A DNA stretch of 64,000 nucleotides from NCBI GenBank assembly GCA_040377305.1, contig JBEIPA010000001.1, forward strand, positions 32,001 to 96,000, given 5' to 3'. This DNA comes from Flavobacteriales bacterium. GTDB taxonomy: Bacteria; Bacteroidota; Bacteroidia; Palsa-965. Of this stretch, positions 39,123 through 50,194 are shown piece by piece. Numbering within the stretch: the stretch's first letter is position 1; each line of letters opens with the position of its first letter. The position numbers and the translations under genes were made by a program. The notes under the pieces were generated by a model, which saw only the letters and a list, made by a program, of their open reading frames with translations, did no database searches and had not been told where the DNA came from.

Positions 39123-39242
39123 TCAGTTTTTCTGACGCTGCTTGAACTTTGGGTTCTTTTTGTTGATCACGTAAACGCGGCCTTTGCGTCGCACTACGAT
39201 GCAATCTGCGCTGCGCTTCTTGACAGATGTTCTAACTTTCAT
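39123..39242 (-). CDS. rpmJ: 50S ribosomal protein L36, zinc-independent (C-) type; missed by the ORF track
   Basis: Manual translation [39 protein letters not shown], between infA and rpsM. Confidence 0.95.
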   Translation of the reverse strand: MKVRTSVKKRSADCIVVRRKGRVYVINKKNPKFKQRQKN

Positions 39243-39294
39243 CTTACTCTATTTTTCGTTTCTCCTTCCGCTCTCACGGTATTTGAAACATGGT

Positions 39295-39513
39295 TTATTT
39301 ATATCTGTACGTTATTCTTCCTTTACTCAAATCGTATGGCGAAATCTCCACTTTTACTTTGTCGCCAGGGAGAATCTTGATGTAATTCATTCTCATCTTC
39401 CCGGAGATGTGAGCTACTACCACGTGACCATTTTCGAGTTCTACGCGAAACATCGCGTTAGATAATGCCTCTAGAATGGTACCGTCCTGCTCAATTGATT
39501 CTGTTTTTGCCAT
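39295..39513 (-). CDS. infA: Translation initiation factor IF-1
   Basis: FRVELENGH...AHISGKMR...I.ILPGD.V and [10 protein letters not shown] motifs. Confidence 0.98.
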   Translation of the reverse strand: MAKTESIEQDGTILEALSNAMFRVELENGHVVVAHISGKMRMNYIKILPGDKVKVEISPYDLSKGRITYRYK

Positions 39514-40305
39514 TTATATTATTTCAATCATTCTTTCTTTTAATACTTGTTCAATCTCGTTGAACGACGACAGTATATCTGCCTTTCCTTGTCTTACTGC
39601 AACCGTGTGCTCGAAATGCGCTGATGGCATTCCGTCGGCTGTTGTAATGGTCCACCCGTCGCTGTGTTGCTTCACCTTTTTCGTTCCCATGTTAACCATC
39701 GGTTCGATTGCGATCACCAATCCTGCTGCCAGTTTTGGACCTGTGCCCTTACGTCCGTAATTCGGAACTTCAGGTTCTTCGTGAAGATGTTTACCAACTC
39801 CATGTCCAACCAATTCGCGAACTACTCCGTAACCATGATGCTCTGCATGTTCCTGAACAGCGGCACTGATGTCACCAAGTCTTCCTCCTGCTACCGCCTT
39901 TTCAATTCCGCGATAGAGAGATTCCTTTGTAACTCTCAGTAACTGCAGCACTTCGGGTTTCACCTCTCCAATAGGGAAAGTATAGGCCGAATCGCCGTAG
40001 TAACCATTCATTTTCACTCCACAGTCGACAGAAATAATGTCGCCCGATTTCAGTTCGTACTTACCCGGAATTCCGTGAACAACCTGCGAGTTTATAGAAA
40101 CGCAGAGTGTACCGGGAAAACCGCGGTAACCTTTGAACGCCGGGACTCCACCATGACTGCGGATAAAATCTTCCGCAATCTTATCGAGTGCCAGTGTAGT
40201 GATGCCTTCACGAATTTCTCGCGCAACGGCAGCATGGGTCATTCCAACAAGCAAAGAACTCTGACGTATGAGCTCAATCTCTTCTTCTGTCTTCAGTAGA
40301 ATCAT
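39514..40305 (-). CDS. map: Methionine aminopeptidase type I
   Basis: C.S.N..VVHGIP, D.G....GYYGDSA, GHGVG..LHEEP, AIEPM and SAHFEHT motifs. Confidence 0.96.
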   Translation of the reverse strand: MILLKTEEEIELIRQSSLLVGMTHAAVAREIREGITTLALDKIAEDFIRSHGGVPAFKGYRGFPGTLCVSINSQVVHGIPGKYELKSGDIISVDCGVKMNGYYGDSAYTFPIGEVKPEVLQLLRVTKESLYRGIEKAVAGGRLGDISAAVQEHAEHHGYGVVRELVGHGVGKHLHEEPEVPNYGRKGTGPKLAAGLVIAIEPMVNMGTKKVKQHSDGWTITTADGMPSAHFEHTVAVRQGKADILSSFNEIEQVLKERMIEII

Positions 40306-40313
40306 ACTGCTTA

Positions 40314-41663
40314 CTAGTATTGGGCAGCTGCCGTCATACCTGAAGAAGTACGTCCTTTGATACGGCCGGACTTCAAGAGTCCATCGTAGTGACGCATGAG
40401 AAGATAACTTTCAATTTGTTGCAGCGTATCCAATACAACACCCACAAGGATGAGGATTGAAGTTCCGCCGTAGAACTGTGCGAACTCGTTGTTAACTCCG
40501 AAGTTCACTACGAACGCAGGAAGGATCGCTACTAATGCGAGCATTATTGCGCCCGGTAAAGTAATACGCGACATAACCTGGTCAATGTATTCAGCTGTTT
40601 TCTTTCCTGGCTTAATACCCGGAATGTAACCTTCATTGCGCTTCATTTCTTCAGCCATCATGTTAGGGTTAACAGTGATTGCTGTGTAGAAATAAGTGAA
40701 CACGATGATAAGAAGTGCAGTAAACATGTTGTACCAAAGACCGTAATGATCGCTAAAGTTGCGAACGAACCAGTTTGCTTCTCCTTCACCTTGCGCGAAT
40801 CCAGCAATCTGGATTGGAATCATTACGATTGCCTGTGCGAAGATGATTGGCATTACACCAGACGCGTTTACTTTCAGTGGAATGTAGTTACGCTGACCGC
40901 CGTACTGGCGGTTTCCAACGATACGCTTCGCGAAGTGAATCGGTATACGACGTGTTCCCTGTACGAGTAGAATACATCCGATAACAATCAACAGAAGAAC
41001 TGCAAGCTCAACGAGGAACATGATCAATCCACCACCTGATGATTCGAGACGTGAAGCGAATTCAGCACCGAATGCGAATGGAAGACGTGCAACAATTCCG
41101 ATCATGATGATCAAAGAGATACCGTTACCGATTCCTTTGTCAGTGATTTTCTCACCGAGCCACATTACAAACATGGTTCCTGTAACGAGAATCACGATAG
41201 ACTGTACGTACCAGAAGCTGCTGTGGTCGATTACTACACCGGCCTTATCAGTAACCTGAGTTGAGAGGTAACCAATTGCCTGAAGTGCAGTGATACCAAC
41301 GGTGAGGTAGCGTGTGTACTGGTTGATTTTCTTTCTGCCGCTTTCACCTTCACGCTGCATGCGCTGGAAATACGGCAACGCCATTGTCAAAAGCTGGAGG
41401 ATGATCGATGCCGAAATGTAAGGCATGATACCCAACGCAAAAATTGACGCACGGCTGAATGCACCGCCTGCGAAAATGTTAATGAGACCAAGAATACCAT
41501 CTTGCTCTGTAGCCGATTCTGCAAGCTTCACCGGATCAATGCCAGGAAGGACGATATACGACCCGAGGCGATAGATCAAGAGGAAAAACAGCGTGTAAAC
41601 AATACGCTGTCTCAACTCCTCAATGGAGAAGATATTCCTAATCGTTTCTATGAACTTCTTCAT
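40314..41663 (-). CDS. secY: Preprotein translocase subunit SecY
   Basis: SIFALGIMPYISASII, WLGEKIT..GIGNGISL, IPGI.PG and GGTS.LI.VGV motifs; start set at ATG 41663, just after the rplO stop. Confidence 0.97.
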   Translation of the reverse strand: MKKFIETIRNIFSIEELRQRIVYTLFFLLIYRLGSYIVLPGIDPVKLAESATEQDGILGLINIFAGGAFSRASIFALGIMPYISASIILQLLTMALPYFQRMQREGESGRKKINQYTRYLTVGITALQAIGYLSTQVTDKAGVVIDHSSFWYVQSIVILVTGTMFVMWLGEKITDKGIGNGISLIIMIGIVARLPFAFGAEFASRLESSGGGLIMFLVELAVLLLIVIGCILLVQGTRRIPIHFAKRIVGNRQYGGQRNYIPLKVNASGVMPIIFAQAIVMIPIQIAGFAQGEGEANWFVRNFSDHYGLWYNMFTALLIIVFTYFYTAITVNPNMMAEEMKRNEGYIPGIKPGKKTAEYIDQVMSRITLPGAIMLALVAILPAFVVNFGVNNEFAQFYGGTSILILVGVVLDTLQQIESYLLMRHYDGLLKSGRIKGRTSSGMTAAAQY

Positions 41664-41664
41664 A

Positions 41665-42114
41665 CTAAACTGTTGTGGCGCTTCCGCCTTTTGCTTCAAT
41701 AGCCGCTTTTGCAGTTGCAGAGAAAGCGTTAGCCGTCACGTCAACTTTTGTTGTGAGTTCTCCGCGTCCAAGGATCTTCACCAGGTCGTTTTTACCTGCG
41801 AGTCCATTTGCACGAAGTGCTTCGATGTCGATTGTAGCAAGCTTCTTCTTATCAGCCAGCTGCTGGATTGCATCGAGGTTAATTCCCTTGTACTCTACAC
41901 GGTTCATGTTCTTGAAACCGAACTTCGGCAAACGACGCTGAAGTGGCATTTGTCCACCTTCGTGTCCGCGCTTACGGCTGTAACCAGAACGCGACTGAGC
42001 ACCTTTGTGACCACGTGCAGCAGTTCCGCCTTTGCCTGAACCTTCTCCACGGCCAACGCGTTTGCCTTCTTTATGTACTGAACCTTTTGCAGGTGTGAGA
42101 TTGTTTAATTTCAT
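41665..42114 (-). CDS. rplO: 50S ribosomal protein L15
   Basis: RVGRG.GSG.GGT..RGHKG and EGGQMPL.RRLPK.GF motifs. Confidence 0.98.
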   Translation of the reverse strand: MKLNNLTPAKGSVHKEGKRVGRGEGSGKGGTAARGHKGAQSRSGYSRKRGHEGGQMPLQRRLPKFGFKNMNRVEYKGINLDAIQQLADKKKLATIDIEALRANGLAGKNDLVKILGRGELTTKVDVTANAFSATAKAAIEAKGGSATTV

Positions 42115-42131
42115 GAGTGTAATCTCCCTGA

Positions 42132-42311
42132 TTAGATATTTTCAACTTTAACAAGGTGTTGAACCTTGGCGATCATTCCTTTGATTTGCGCAGTAGCTTC
42201 TTTTTCTACTGAGCGATTCATGCGCTTGAGCCCAAGTGCAGCCAGAGTATCTTTCTGACGTGCCGGGTAGTCAATGCAGCTTTTCACTTGTGTGATGCGA
42301 ACTTTAGACAT
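42132..42311 (-). CDS. rpmD: 50S ribosomal protein L30; missed by the ORF track
   Basis: Manual translation MSKVRITQVKSCIDYPARQKDTLAALGLKRMNRSVEKEATAQIKGMIAKVQHLVKVENI*, between rpsE and rplO. Confidence 0.95.
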   Translation of the reverse strand: MSKVRITQVKSCIDYPARQKDTLAALGLKRMNRSVEKEATAQIKGMIAKVQHLVKVENI

Positions 42312-42322
42312 CGTGCGTGGTA

Positions 42323-42841
42323 TTAACCGTTAAAAACTTTATCCATTGTGATTCCACGCTGCTGAGCAACAGTGTATGCGTCACGCATGTTCATGAGTGC
42401 ATCCATTGTAGCTTTCACCACGTTGTGTGGGTTAGAAGACCCTTTGCTCTTCGCAAGTACGTCTGTAACACCTACTGATTCAAGCACAGCGCGCATAGCG
42501 CCACCTGCGATTACACCAGTACCATGTGAAGCGGGCTTGAGGAACACCAGTGATCCACCGAACTTTCCTGTCTGCGGATGCGGAACAGTTCCATTCACGA
42601 TAGAAACTTTCACAAGATTCTTCTTCGCATCTTCAATCGCTTTAGTGATTGCGTCAGTTACTTCCTTTGCTTTACCAAGACCATAACCAACTACTCCTTT
42701 TTCGTTGCCTACAACTACGATCGCAGTGAAGCTGAACGTGCGTCCACCTTTGGTTACTTTGGTTACACGCTGTACACCAACCAACTTATCCTTAAGTTCG
42801 ATGTCGCTTGATTTAACGCGCTTTACGTTTACGTTAGCCAT
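42323..42841 (-). CDS. rpsE: 30S ribosomal protein S5
   Basis: [21 protein letters not shown] and GSSNPHN motifs. Confidence 0.98.
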   Translation of the reverse strand: MANVNVKRVKSSDIELKDKLVGVQRVTKVTKGGRTFSFTAIVVVGNEKGVVGYGLGKAKEVTDAITKAIEDAKKNLVKVSIVNGTVPHPQTGKFGGSLVFLKPASHGTGVIAGGAMRAVLESVGVTDVLAKSKGSSNPHNVVKATMDALMNMRDAYTVAQQRGITMDKVFNG

Positions 42842-42877
42842 TTTTCTTTTTATCTGTGCTCTTTATCAGAGATTCAA

Positions 42878-43234
42878 TTATAATTTAAGACCTGCTTCGC
42901 GTGCTGCTTCTGCGAGTGCTTTCACACGTCCGTGGTAGAGATATCCGCCACGATCGAAAACGACCTCGCTGATACCTTTTGCTTTTGCTGCTTCAGCAAT
43001 AGCTGCTCCAACCAATTTCGCTTGTTCAAGCTTTGCAACTTTTTTCCCGGCAAGTGCTTTGTCGCGTGATGATGCTGCAACAAGGGTAGTGCCTTTAGTA
43101 TCGTCGATGATCTGAACGTAGATGTCTTTATTGCTACGGAACACACTCAAACGTGGTGCCGCTGCAGTTCCAGACAGGCGCTTACGGATGCGCATCCGGA
43201 TTCTGTTTCTGCGTTCGATTTTTGTGATAGCCAT
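42878..43234 (-). CDS. rplR: 50S ribosomal protein L18
   Basis: PRLSVFRSN and [14 protein letters not shown] motifs. Confidence 0.98.
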   Translation of the reverse strand: MAITKIERRNRIRMRIRKRLSGTAAAPRLSVFRSNKDIYVQIIDDTKGTTLVAASSRDKALAGKKVAKLEQAKLVGAAIAEAAKAKGISEVVFDRGGYLYHGRVKALAEAAREAGLKL

Positions 43235-43280
43235 TTTATCTTTCTTTAGTCGCGCGGTTTTTGCCGAGCTATGTTTTTAA

Positions 43281-43832
43281 TTATTTACCAGCAGCTTTAC
43301 CAGCTTTACGACGAAGTACCTCGTTAGAGAACTTGATACCTTTTCCTTTGTATGGTTCAGGCTTGCGTAGAGCGCGGATTTTTGCTGCAACAAGTCCGAG
43401 AAGTTCGTTGTCGCTGCACTCCATAATGATTTTCGGGTTCTGCCCTTTTTCCGCGGTTGTAGTAACCTTGATTTCAGAAGGCAATTCGAAAATAATGTTG
43501 TGCGAGTAACCAAGAGTAAGTTCGAGCTGCTGGCCTTTCGCCGCTGCACGGTAACCTACACCTACAAGTTCCTGTTCTGTTTTGTATCCTGTTGAAACAC
43601 CATTTACCATGTTGTTCAGCAACGCGCGGTACAAACCGTGCAATGCTTTGTGGCGCTTCTGTTCTGTTGGACGCGAAAGCGTAACAACACCATCAGCCAC
43701 ATCAACTGTGATATCAGGGTTAATAGTTCTGTTCAATGTGCCTCTCGGTCCTTTCACAGTGATGTTATTCTTACTCACTGTTACTTCAACGCCTTGTGGC
43801 AGAGTGATCGGGAGCTTTCCAATACGTGACAT
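43281..43832 (-). CDS. rplF: 50S ribosomal protein L6
   Basis: MSRIGK.PI, GVGYRA, LGYSH and PEPYKGKGI motifs. Confidence 0.98.
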   Translation of the reverse strand: MSRIGKLPITLPQGVEVTVSKNNITVKGPRGTLNRTINPDITVDVADGVVTLSRPTEQKRHKALHGLYRALLNNMVNGVSTGYKTEQELVGVGYRAAAKGQQLELTLGYSHNIIFELPSEIKVTTTAEKGQNPKIIMECSDNELLGLVAAKIRALRKPEPYKGKGIKFSNEVLRRKAGKAAGK

Positions 43833-43851
43833 ATCTTTTTCCTCCTCTGGT

Positions 43852-44250
43852 TTAGTAGATGTAGCAGAGAACTTCTCCGCCTACGTTTTCTTTACGTGCC
43901 TCTTTATCTGTCATAACTCCTTTAGAGGTAGACACGATCGCAACACCAAGTCCGTTCATAACGCGTGGCATACGATCAACACCAGCGTACTTACGCAAAC
44001 CAGGTGATGAAATGCGAACGAGTCCGCGGATAGCAGACTGCTTCGTTACAGGATGGTATTTGAGAGCGATTTTAATGGTACCCTGCGCGTTTGCAGCGTC
44101 ATCGAACTTGTAGTTCAGGATGTACCCTTTTTCGAAGAGGATCTTCGTTAATTCCTTCTTCATTCTTGAAGCCGGAACTTCCACAACACGGTGGTTAGCC
44201 TTGATGGCATTCCTTACTCGGGTAAGGAAATCAGAGATTGTATCTGTCAT
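43852..44250 (-). CDS. rpsH: 30S ribosomal protein S8
   Basis: D.I.DFLTR.RNA, S.PGLR.Y, STSKG.MT and GGEVLCY motifs. Confidence 0.98.
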   Translation of the reverse strand: MTDTISDFLTRVRNAIKANHRVVEVPASRMKKELTKILFEKGYILNYKFDDAANAQGTIKIALKYHPVTKQSAIRGLVRISSPGLRKYAGVDRMPRVMNGLGVAIVSTSKGVMTDKEARKENVGGEVLCYIY

Positions 44251-44330
44251 TTTGTTGTTTATATGTTACCCTGCTCGCAGGATAATTATACAAACGCAGT
44301 ATCTGCGATTTGTCTTCTGTTTTTAATTAG

Positions 44331-44600
44331 TTACCAGCTTGATTTTGTAACTCCAGGAATCTTGCCATGAAGAGCAAGTTCACGGAACATGTTACGGCAA
44401 AGACCGAACTGGCGGTTGTATCCGCGAGGACGACCTGTTAATTTGCAGCGGTTGCGCAAACGTACCGGTGATGAGTTACGCGGAAGGAGAGCTAATGCCA
44501 TCCAGTTTCCTTCTTTCTTAAGCTGAGCACGTTTTTCAGCATAGCGGTCGACAAGCTTCTTCCGCTTTACTTCCCGTGCTTTCATTGATTCTTTAGCCAT
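44331..44600 (-). CDS. rpsN: 30S ribosomal protein S14 (long, 89-aa type)
   Basis: [22 protein letters not shown] and IPGVTKSSW motifs; start at ATG 44600. Confidence 0.97.
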   Translation of the reverse strand: MAKESMKAREVKRKKLVDRYAEKRAQLKKEGNWMALALLPRNSSPVRLRNRCKLTGRPRGYNRQFGLCRNMFRELALHGKIPGVTKSSW

Positions 44601-44631
44601 GTCTATATCCCCAAAAGGGGCGCAAATATAG

Positions 44632-45198
44632 TTATTTTTTCTGGTTCTTGAAAGGCATTCCAAATTCTGCTAAAAGAGCGTAAGCTTCTTCGTCAGAATC
44701 TGCTGAAGTCACGAAAGTGATGTCCATACCCATGATTTTGCTCACTTTATCGATATCGATCTCCGGGAAGATGATCTGTTCAGTGATTCCAAGGGTATAA
44801 TTTCCTTTTCCGTCAAATCCTTTGTCGTTGATACCGCGGAAATCGCGGATACGTGGCAATGCTGCAGAAACGAGACGATCGAGAAACTCGTACATCTTGT
44901 CGCCACGCAAAGTCGACTTCACACCAATCGGAACACCTTTACGGAGTTTGAAGTTTGAAATGTCTTTACGTGAAATAGTAGCATTTGCTTTCTGTCCTGT
45001 GATTGTGCCCATTTCCTTCACAGCGTTCTCAACGAGTTTCTTATCAGAAACAGCGTCGCCCACACCCTGGTTGAGGCAAATCTTCTCCAACTTCGGAACC
45101 TGCATTGGGCTCGAGTAGTTGAACTTTTTCTGTAGCGCCGGCACAACTGTGTCGCGGTACATTTTTTTCATACGTGGAGTATACTTCTGCGTAGCCAT
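44632..45198 (-). CDS. rplE: 50S ribosomal protein L5
   Basis: [26 protein letters not shown] and GMDIT motifs. Confidence 0.98.
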   Translation of the reverse strand: MATQKYTPRMKKMYRDTVVPALQKKFNYSSPMQVPKLEKICLNQGVGDAVSDKKLVENAVKEMGTITGQKANATISRKDISNFKLRKGVPIGVKSTLRGDKMYEFLDRLVSAALPRIRDFRGINDKGFDGKGNYTLGITEQIIFPEIDIDKVSKIMGMDITFVTSADSDEEAYALLAEFGMPFKNQKK

Positions 45199-45521
45199 TA
45201 TTTGATTACCTCCCGTGATTTAGCGTTAACTCTCTCGAGCTTTCCTGATTTTTCATTGCGCACACGACCTACACGTGTAGGTGTGCCAGATCCATCAACC
45301 AACATTACGTTAGAAAGATGTACATAAGCAGGTACATCAATGATTCCGCCCTGCGGATGCTTTGATGTCGGCTTGCTGTGCTTCTTCACTGTGATTCCCT
45401 CAAGAGAAACACGGTTAGCTGTTTTGTTTACAGCAAGCACTTTGTACTGTGTGTCGCGGCTTTTGTGTTCGCCGGAGATCACCACAACAGTATCGCCTTT
45501 TTTAATTTTCAACTTTGCCAT
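45198..45521 (-). CDS. rplX: 50S ribosomal protein L24
   Basis: IKKGD.V.VISG, KKH.KP and GGI......H.SNV motifs. Confidence 0.96.
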   Translation of the reverse strand: MAKLKIKKGDTVVVISGEHKSRDTQYKVLAVNKTANRVSLEGITVKKHSKPTSKHPQGGIIDVPAYVHLSNVMLVDGSGTPTRVGRVRNEKSGKLERVNAKSREVIK

Positions 45522-45534
45522 TTGGCCCTATCAA

Positions 45535-45903
45535 TTATAGCACCTCTGGTGCCAGTGAAATAATCTTTGTGTAGTTCGTATCGCGAAGCTCACGTGCAAC
45601 CGGTCCGAAAATACGAGTGCCGCGGAGTTCATCCTGTGCATTCAGCAACACGCAAGCGTTGTCGTCGAAGCGGATGTAAGAACCATCAGGACGACGGGTT
45701 TCTTTGCGGGTGCGTACAACAACAGCTTTAGAAACTGTTCCCTTCTTGATGTTTCCTGAAGGAAGAGCGTTCTTCACTGTTACAACGATTTTATCGCCGA
45801 TGTGCGCGTAACGCTTCTTTGTACCGCCCAGTACGCGAATACAGAGTACTTCTTTCGCTCCGCTGTTATCGGCTACGTTCAGCCTTGATTCCTGTTGGAT
45901 CAT
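45535..45903 (-). CDS. rplN: 50S ribosomal protein L14
   Basis: [20 protein letters not shown] and SLAPEVL motifs. Confidence 0.98.
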   Translation of the reverse strand: MIQQESRLNVADNSGAKEVLCIRVLGGTKKRYAHIGDKIVVTVKNALPSGNIKKGTVSKAVVVRTRKETRRPDGSYIRFDDNACVLLNAQDELRGTRIFGPVARELRDTNYTKIISLAPEVL

Positions 45904-45936
45904 TGTTCTTTATTCTTAATTCGGTTCGTATTCAAA

Positions 45937-46203
45937 TTACTTCGCACGTTCTACCACGGCAATCAAACGCCAGCACTTGCTTTTGCTTAGCGGACGAGTT
46001 TCCATGATGCGAACAGTGTCGCCAATGTTCGACTCATTCTTTTCATCGTGCGCCATGAACGTAGAAGTCTTCTTCACAAACTTCCCGTACTTCGGGTGCT
46101 TTACTTTACGTTCAACAGCTACCACGATAGACTTTGCCATCTTGTTGCTGATAACGATTCCCGTTTTCTCTTTACGGTTGGTGCGTTCGGTTGTCTTTTC
46201 CAT
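45937..46203 (-). CDS. rpsQ: 30S ribosomal protein S17
   Basis: HPKYGK, AHDE and [10 protein letters not shown] motifs. Confidence 0.98.
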   Translation of the reverse strand: MEKTTERTNRKEKTGIVISNKMAKSIVVAVERKVKHPKYGKFVKKTSTFMAHDEKNESNIGDTVRIMETRPLSKSKCWRLIAVVERAK

Positions 46204-46215
46204 TTTATCTGGTAA

Positions 46216-46413
46216 TTATGCCGATTTACGTTTACGGCTTCCCATCTCTGTGAGAATGCGTGCAATTGTGCGACGTGCGCTGCGGATCTTCAAAGGGTTC
46301 TCGATTGGAGAAACCGAATGGTTCAGCTGAAGCTTTTCCAGCTGAGCTTTTTCTTCAGCTAAACGATCTTTCAATTCTACTTCCGTCATTCCGACGATTT
46401 CGCTCTGTTTCAT
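46216..46413 (-). CDS. rpmC: 50S ribosomal protein L29
   Basis: ENP..IR..RR.IAR..T motif; position between rplP and rpsQ. Confidence 0.95.
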   Translation of the reverse strand: MKQSEIVGMTEVELKDRLAEEKAQLEKLQLNHSVSPIENPLKIRSARRTIARILTEMGSRKRKSA

Positions 46414-46438
46414 TGCGATTAATTTTTCACTTTATTAA

Positions 46439-46867
46439 TTAAGCGTTCTCCGCTGAGTAATCATTACGGATAATGAACTTCGTTGTAACCGGAAGCTTCT
46501 GTGCACCAAGGCGCAATGCTTCACGAGCTGTTTCAACCGGAATGCCGTCTGCTTCGAACAGAACAGCACCTTGTTTCACTACAGCAACAAAGTATTCAGG
46601 AGCCCCTTTACCCTTACCCATACGAACCTCTGCAGGTTTACGTGTAATTGGTTTATCAGGGAACACGCGAATCCAAACCTGGCCTTCACGCTTCAGGAAA
46701 CGTGTCATTGCAACACGGGCAGCTTCAATCTGCTTTGCAGTAAGCCAGCACTCTTGCTGCGCTTTGATTGCGAAAGAGCCGAACGCGATAGTGTATCCGC
46801 GTGTAGCTTTCCCACGGATTTTCATCTTGTGGGTCTTTCTGTGTTTTACTCTCTTTGGCTGTAACAT
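46439..46867 (-). CDS. rplP: 50S ribosomal protein L16
   Basis: MLQPKR.K.RK, QIEAAR.A and RMGKGKG motifs. Confidence 0.98.
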   Translation of the reverse strand: MLQPKRVKHRKTHKMKIRGKATRGYTIAFGSFAIKAQQECWLTAKQIEAARVAMTRFLKREGQVWIRVFPDKPITRKPAEVRMGKGKGAPEYFVAVVKQGAVLFEADGIPVETAREALRLGAQKLPVTTKFIIRNDYSAENA

Positions 46868-46897
46868 TATACTATGTTGTTAAAGCAATGGTGTTGC

Positions 46898-47659
46898 TTA
46901 GTTACCTGACTCTTTTTGATCTCTGCGGGTGTTGTTGCCTCCGCGACGTGGACGGTTTCCACCGCGACGCTCGTTGTTGTTGTCCTGCTTCTTCTCTCGC
47001 TGTGCAGATTGTGCATTCGGAGAAAGATCGCGCTTGCCGTAAAGCTCGCCTTTGCAGATCCATACTTTCACACCGATACGTCCAAATGAAGTGTGAGCTT
47101 CAGCAAGTGCGTAATCGATATCAGCACGAAGTGTGTGCAGAGGAACGCGGCCTTCCATGTATCCTTCAACGCGTGCAATCTCAGCACCAGCCAAACGGCC
47201 AGAGCATTTTACTTTGATGCCTTCAGCGCCCATACGCATGGTAGAAGCGATTGACATTTTGATTGCGCGACGGAAAGAGATACGGCCTTCGATCTGACGT
47301 GCGATTGAATCAGCAACGAGACGTGCATCCAACTCAGGACGTTTGATCTCGAAAATGTTGATCTGCACTTCTTTCTTCGTCAGCTTCTTGATCTCTTCTT
47401 TAAGCTTGTCAACTTCCTTACCGCCTTTTCCGATGATAATACCCGGACGTGCTGTATGGATAGTTACTGTAATGAGCTTCATTGTACGCTCGATCACAAT
47501 CTTCGAAATGCTGCCTTTCGCAAGACGGGCTTTCAGGTAGTTGCGGATTTTTTCGTCTTCAACGAGTTTGTCAGCGTAATGACGTCCGCCAAACCAGTTT
47601 GACTCCCATCCACGGATGATACCAAGTCTCTGCCCGATTGGATTTGCTTTTTGTCCCAT
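46898..47659 (-). CDS. rpsC: 30S ribosomal protein S3
   Basis: MGQK.NP.G.RLG, RPG.IIGK.G and [14 protein letters not shown] motifs. Confidence 0.98.
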   Translation of the reverse strand: MGQKANPIGQRLGIIRGWESNWFGGRHYADKLVEDEKIRNYLKARLAKGSISKIVIERTMKLITVTIHTARPGIIIGKGGKEVDKLKEEIKKLTKKEVQINIFEIKRPELDARLVADSIARQIEGRISFRRAIKMSIASTMRMGAEGIKVKCSGRLAGAEIARVEGYMEGRVPLHTLRADIDYALAEAHTSFGRIGVKVWICKGELYGKRDLSPNAQSAQREKKQDNNNERRGGNRPRRGGNNTRRDQKESGN

Positions 47660-47682
47660 TTTATTTCTTAGTTGTGATCAGG

Positions 47683-48081
47683 TTAAGCGTTAGTGAGTTC
47701 ACCGAGTACCATTGTAACGTGGTTCGAGCGCTTGCGAATACGGTGAGCGCGTCCTTGCGGTGCTGCTGAAATACGCTTCAGCTGTGTAGCTCCGTCAACC
47801 ATTACAGTTTTTACGAAGAGAGCATCTGCTTGCGCAACGTTGCCCGACTTCTTCTCGTAGTTAGCAATTGCTGAACGAAGGAGTTTCTCCAAACGTCCTG
47901 CAGCTTCTTTGTTTGTAAAGCGAAGAATATTCAACGCCTGGAATACTTCTTTCCCGCGTACGATGTCAGCCACAAGGCGCATCTTGCGTGGTGAAGTAGG
48001 AACATTGCGAAGACTTGCAATGTAAGTAGTCTTCATTGCTTCCTTGCGTTCATTCGCTGCTAGTTCTTTTCTGCGTGCCAT
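47683..48081 (-). CDS. rplV: 50S ribosomal protein L22
   Basis: [18 protein letters not shown] and QGRA.RI.KR..H motifs. Confidence 0.97.
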   Translation of the reverse strand: MARRKELAANERKEAMKTTYIASLRNVPTSPRKMRLVADIVRGKEVFQALNILRFTNKEAAGRLEKLLRSAIANYEKKSGNVAQADALFVKTVMVDGATQLKRISAAPQGRAHRIRKRSNHVTMVLGELTNA

Positions 48082-48106
48082 CTCTGGTTGTCTTTTCTGT
48101 TATAGA

Positions 48107-48391
48107 TTATTTAGCTCCTGCAGCCTTGTCTTTGTTGCCAGAGTGCCCACGGAAAGTACGTGTAGGTGCGAATTCGCCGAGACGGTGTCCCACCATGTTT
48201 TCAGTTACATAGACAGGAACAAATTTGTTTCCGTTGTGTACTGCGAACGTATGTCCAACAAACTCCGGAGAGATCATTGAGCGGCGTGACCAGGTTTTGA
48301 TTGCGACCTTTTTGTTAGAGCTGTTCATATTAACAACTTTCTTATCCAGTTTTGGATCAACAAAAGGTCCTTTTTTGAGTGAACGTGCCAT
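48107..48391 (-). CDS. rpsS: 30S ribosomal protein S19
   Basis: [14 protein letters not shown] and GEFAPTR motifs. Confidence 0.98.
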   Translation of the reverse strand: MARSLKKGPFVDPKLDKKVVNMNSSNKKVAIKTWSRRSMISPEFVGHTFAVHNGNKFVPVYVTENMVGHRLGEFAPTRTFRGHSGNKDKAAGAK

Positions 48392-48416
48392 TATTGTTCT
48401 GTTATCGGCTTAGTAA

Positions 48417-49241
48417 TTATTTCTTACGACGTTCGAGAATGTACTTATTCGACGCCTTCGCTTTGAATCTTGTTTTGAGTCCCTTCGACTTAGTTCCCTT
48501 ACGTGAACGTGGGTGACCACCTGAAGCACGACCTTCACCACCACCCATAGGGTGATCGACAGGGTTCATTGCTACCGGACGAGTACGTGGACGGCGGCCA
48601 TACCAACGGTTGCGGCCAGCTTTTCCATCACTCTGAAGGTTATGATCTGCGTTTGAAACAGAACCGATTGTTGCCGTGCAGGTAACGAGAATCATACGCG
48701 TTTCGCCAGAAGGCAAACGGAGTACAGCAAACTTCCCTTCACGTGCGCTGAGCTGAGCATATGAACCCGCACTGCGAGCCATTTTCGCTCCTTGTCCAGG
48801 ACGCAATTCAATATTGTGAATGATAGTACCGAGCGGAACATCAGAGAGGAACATAGTGTTTCCAACTTCAGGTGTTGCTTTCTTACCCGACATTACCTTT
48901 TGTCCAACCTTCAATCCGGTTGGAGCAATGATGTAACGTTTCTCACCATCAGCATACACAAGAAGTGCAATACGTGCTGTACGGTTCGGATCGTACTCGA
49001 TTGTTTTTACAGTTGCGGGAACATCGTGCTTGTCGCGTTTAAAGTCAACAATACGGTACATCTGTTTGTGACCACCGCCCATATAGCGCATAGTCATTTT
49101 ACCTGAGTTGTTACGACCACCAGTCTTTGGAGACGGTGCAAGCAAACTCTTCTCAGGAGTTGATGTAGTGATGTCCTCGGCAGTAACCAGGGTGCGGTGA
49201 CGCATTGCTGGTGTTAAGGGACGAAATTTTCTAAGTGCCAT
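48417..49241 (-). CDS. rplB: 50S ribosomal protein L2
   Basis: [18 protein letters not shown] and [13 protein letters not shown] motifs. Confidence 0.98.
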   Translation of the reverse strand: MALRKFRPLTPAMRHRTLVTAEDITTSTPEKSLLAPSPKTGGRNNSGKMTMRYMGGGHKQMYRIVDFKRDKHDVPATVKTIEYDPNRTARIALLVYADGEKRYIIAPTGLKVGQKVMSGKKATPEVGNTMFLSDVPLGTIIHNIELRPGQGAKMARSAGSYAQLSAREGKFAVLRLPSGETRMILVTCTATIGSVSNADHNLQSDGKAGRNRWYGRRPRTRPVAMNPVDHPMGGGEGRASGGHPRSRKGTKSKGLKTRFKAKASNKYILERRKK

Positions 49242-49265
49242 AGCTCTCTATAGGTTTCTTATTTA

Positions 49266-49559
49266 TCAGAGATTGCTGTAGAAGTCAATAGTCTCACCTG
49301 ATTTTAGTGTTACTACTGCTTTTTTGTGACGGTTGTGAACGCCCACCTGCATACCCGCGCGGGTATAACGTGAACGAACTTTACCGTTGTAATTCATAGT
49401 GTTCACGGCTTCAACGTTTACACCATACATTTTCTCAACTGCGGTCTTAATCTGCAGCTTATTTGCGTCGCGGTCAACTACGAATCCAAAACGGTTCGCT
49501 TTCTCCGCCTGCTGAGACATTTTCTCAGTAATGATTGGCTTGATAAGTATTGCGTTCAT
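49266..49559 (-). CDS. rplW: 50S ribosomal protein L23
   Basis: P.ITEK, ANK.QIK.AVE and KKAVVTL motifs. Confidence 0.97.
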   Translation of the reverse strand: MNAILIKPIITEKMSQQAEKANRFGFVVDRDANKLQIKTAVEKMYGVNVEAVNTMNYNGKVRSRYTRAGMQVGVHNRHKKAVVTLKSGETIDFYSNL

Positions 49560-49563
49560 GGTT

Positions 49564-50193
49564 CTAGTTGTTTAGCAGGGTTTCAAGTTTTGCAACTGAA
49601 GCTTCTACGAGAAGAAGGCTACTTGCATTCAGAATATCGTATGTGGTCAACTCTGATGCAACAACCACTTTCGCAGCAGTCAGGTTGCGTGAAGAAAGGA
49701 ACACGTTCTTGTTGTGCTCAGCAACAACCAGCAGTGTTTTCTTATCGGCAACTTTCAGTGCGTTCAGCATTTCAGCATACTGTGACGTTTTGGGTGCGTC
49801 GAAGTTCAGGTTTTCAAGAACGATGATGTTGTTCTCTTTCGCCTTGTAAGTCAATGCAGACTTACGTGCCAATGCTTTTACTTTTTTGTTCACAGCGATT
49901 TTGTAGTCGTGCGGACGAGGACCAAATACACGTCCACCACCACGGAACAAAGGAGATTTCATGCTACCAGCACGAGCTCCGCCTGTACCCTTTTGGCGCT
50001 TCAGCTTCTTGGTTGTACGTGCAATTTCTGCACGCTCTTTTGATTTATGCGTTCCCTGACGTTGTGCAGCTAAATACTGTTTTACGTCGAGGTAAATTGC
50101 GTGATCGTTCGGTTCAATCGCGAACACGTCATCGCTCAGCTTCACCTTCTTAGATGTTGCTTTTCCTTCAGAGTTATGTATTGCGAGTTCCAT
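49564..50193 (-). CDS. rplD: 50S ribosomal protein L4
   Basis: RQGTH..K.R, QKGTGGAR.G and GGGRVFGP.P motifs; start at ATG 50193. Confidence 0.97.
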   Translation of the reverse strand: MELAIHNSEGKATSKKVKLSDDVFAIEPNDHAIYLDVKQYLAAQRQGTHKSKERAEIARTTKKLKRQKGTGGARAGSMKSPLFRGGGRVFGPRPHDYKIAVNKKVKALARKSALTYKAKENNIIVLENLNFDAPKTSQYAEMLNALKVADKKTLLVVAEHNKNVFLSSRNLTAAKVVVASELTTYDILNASSLLLVEASVAKLETLLNN

Positions 50194-50194
50194 G

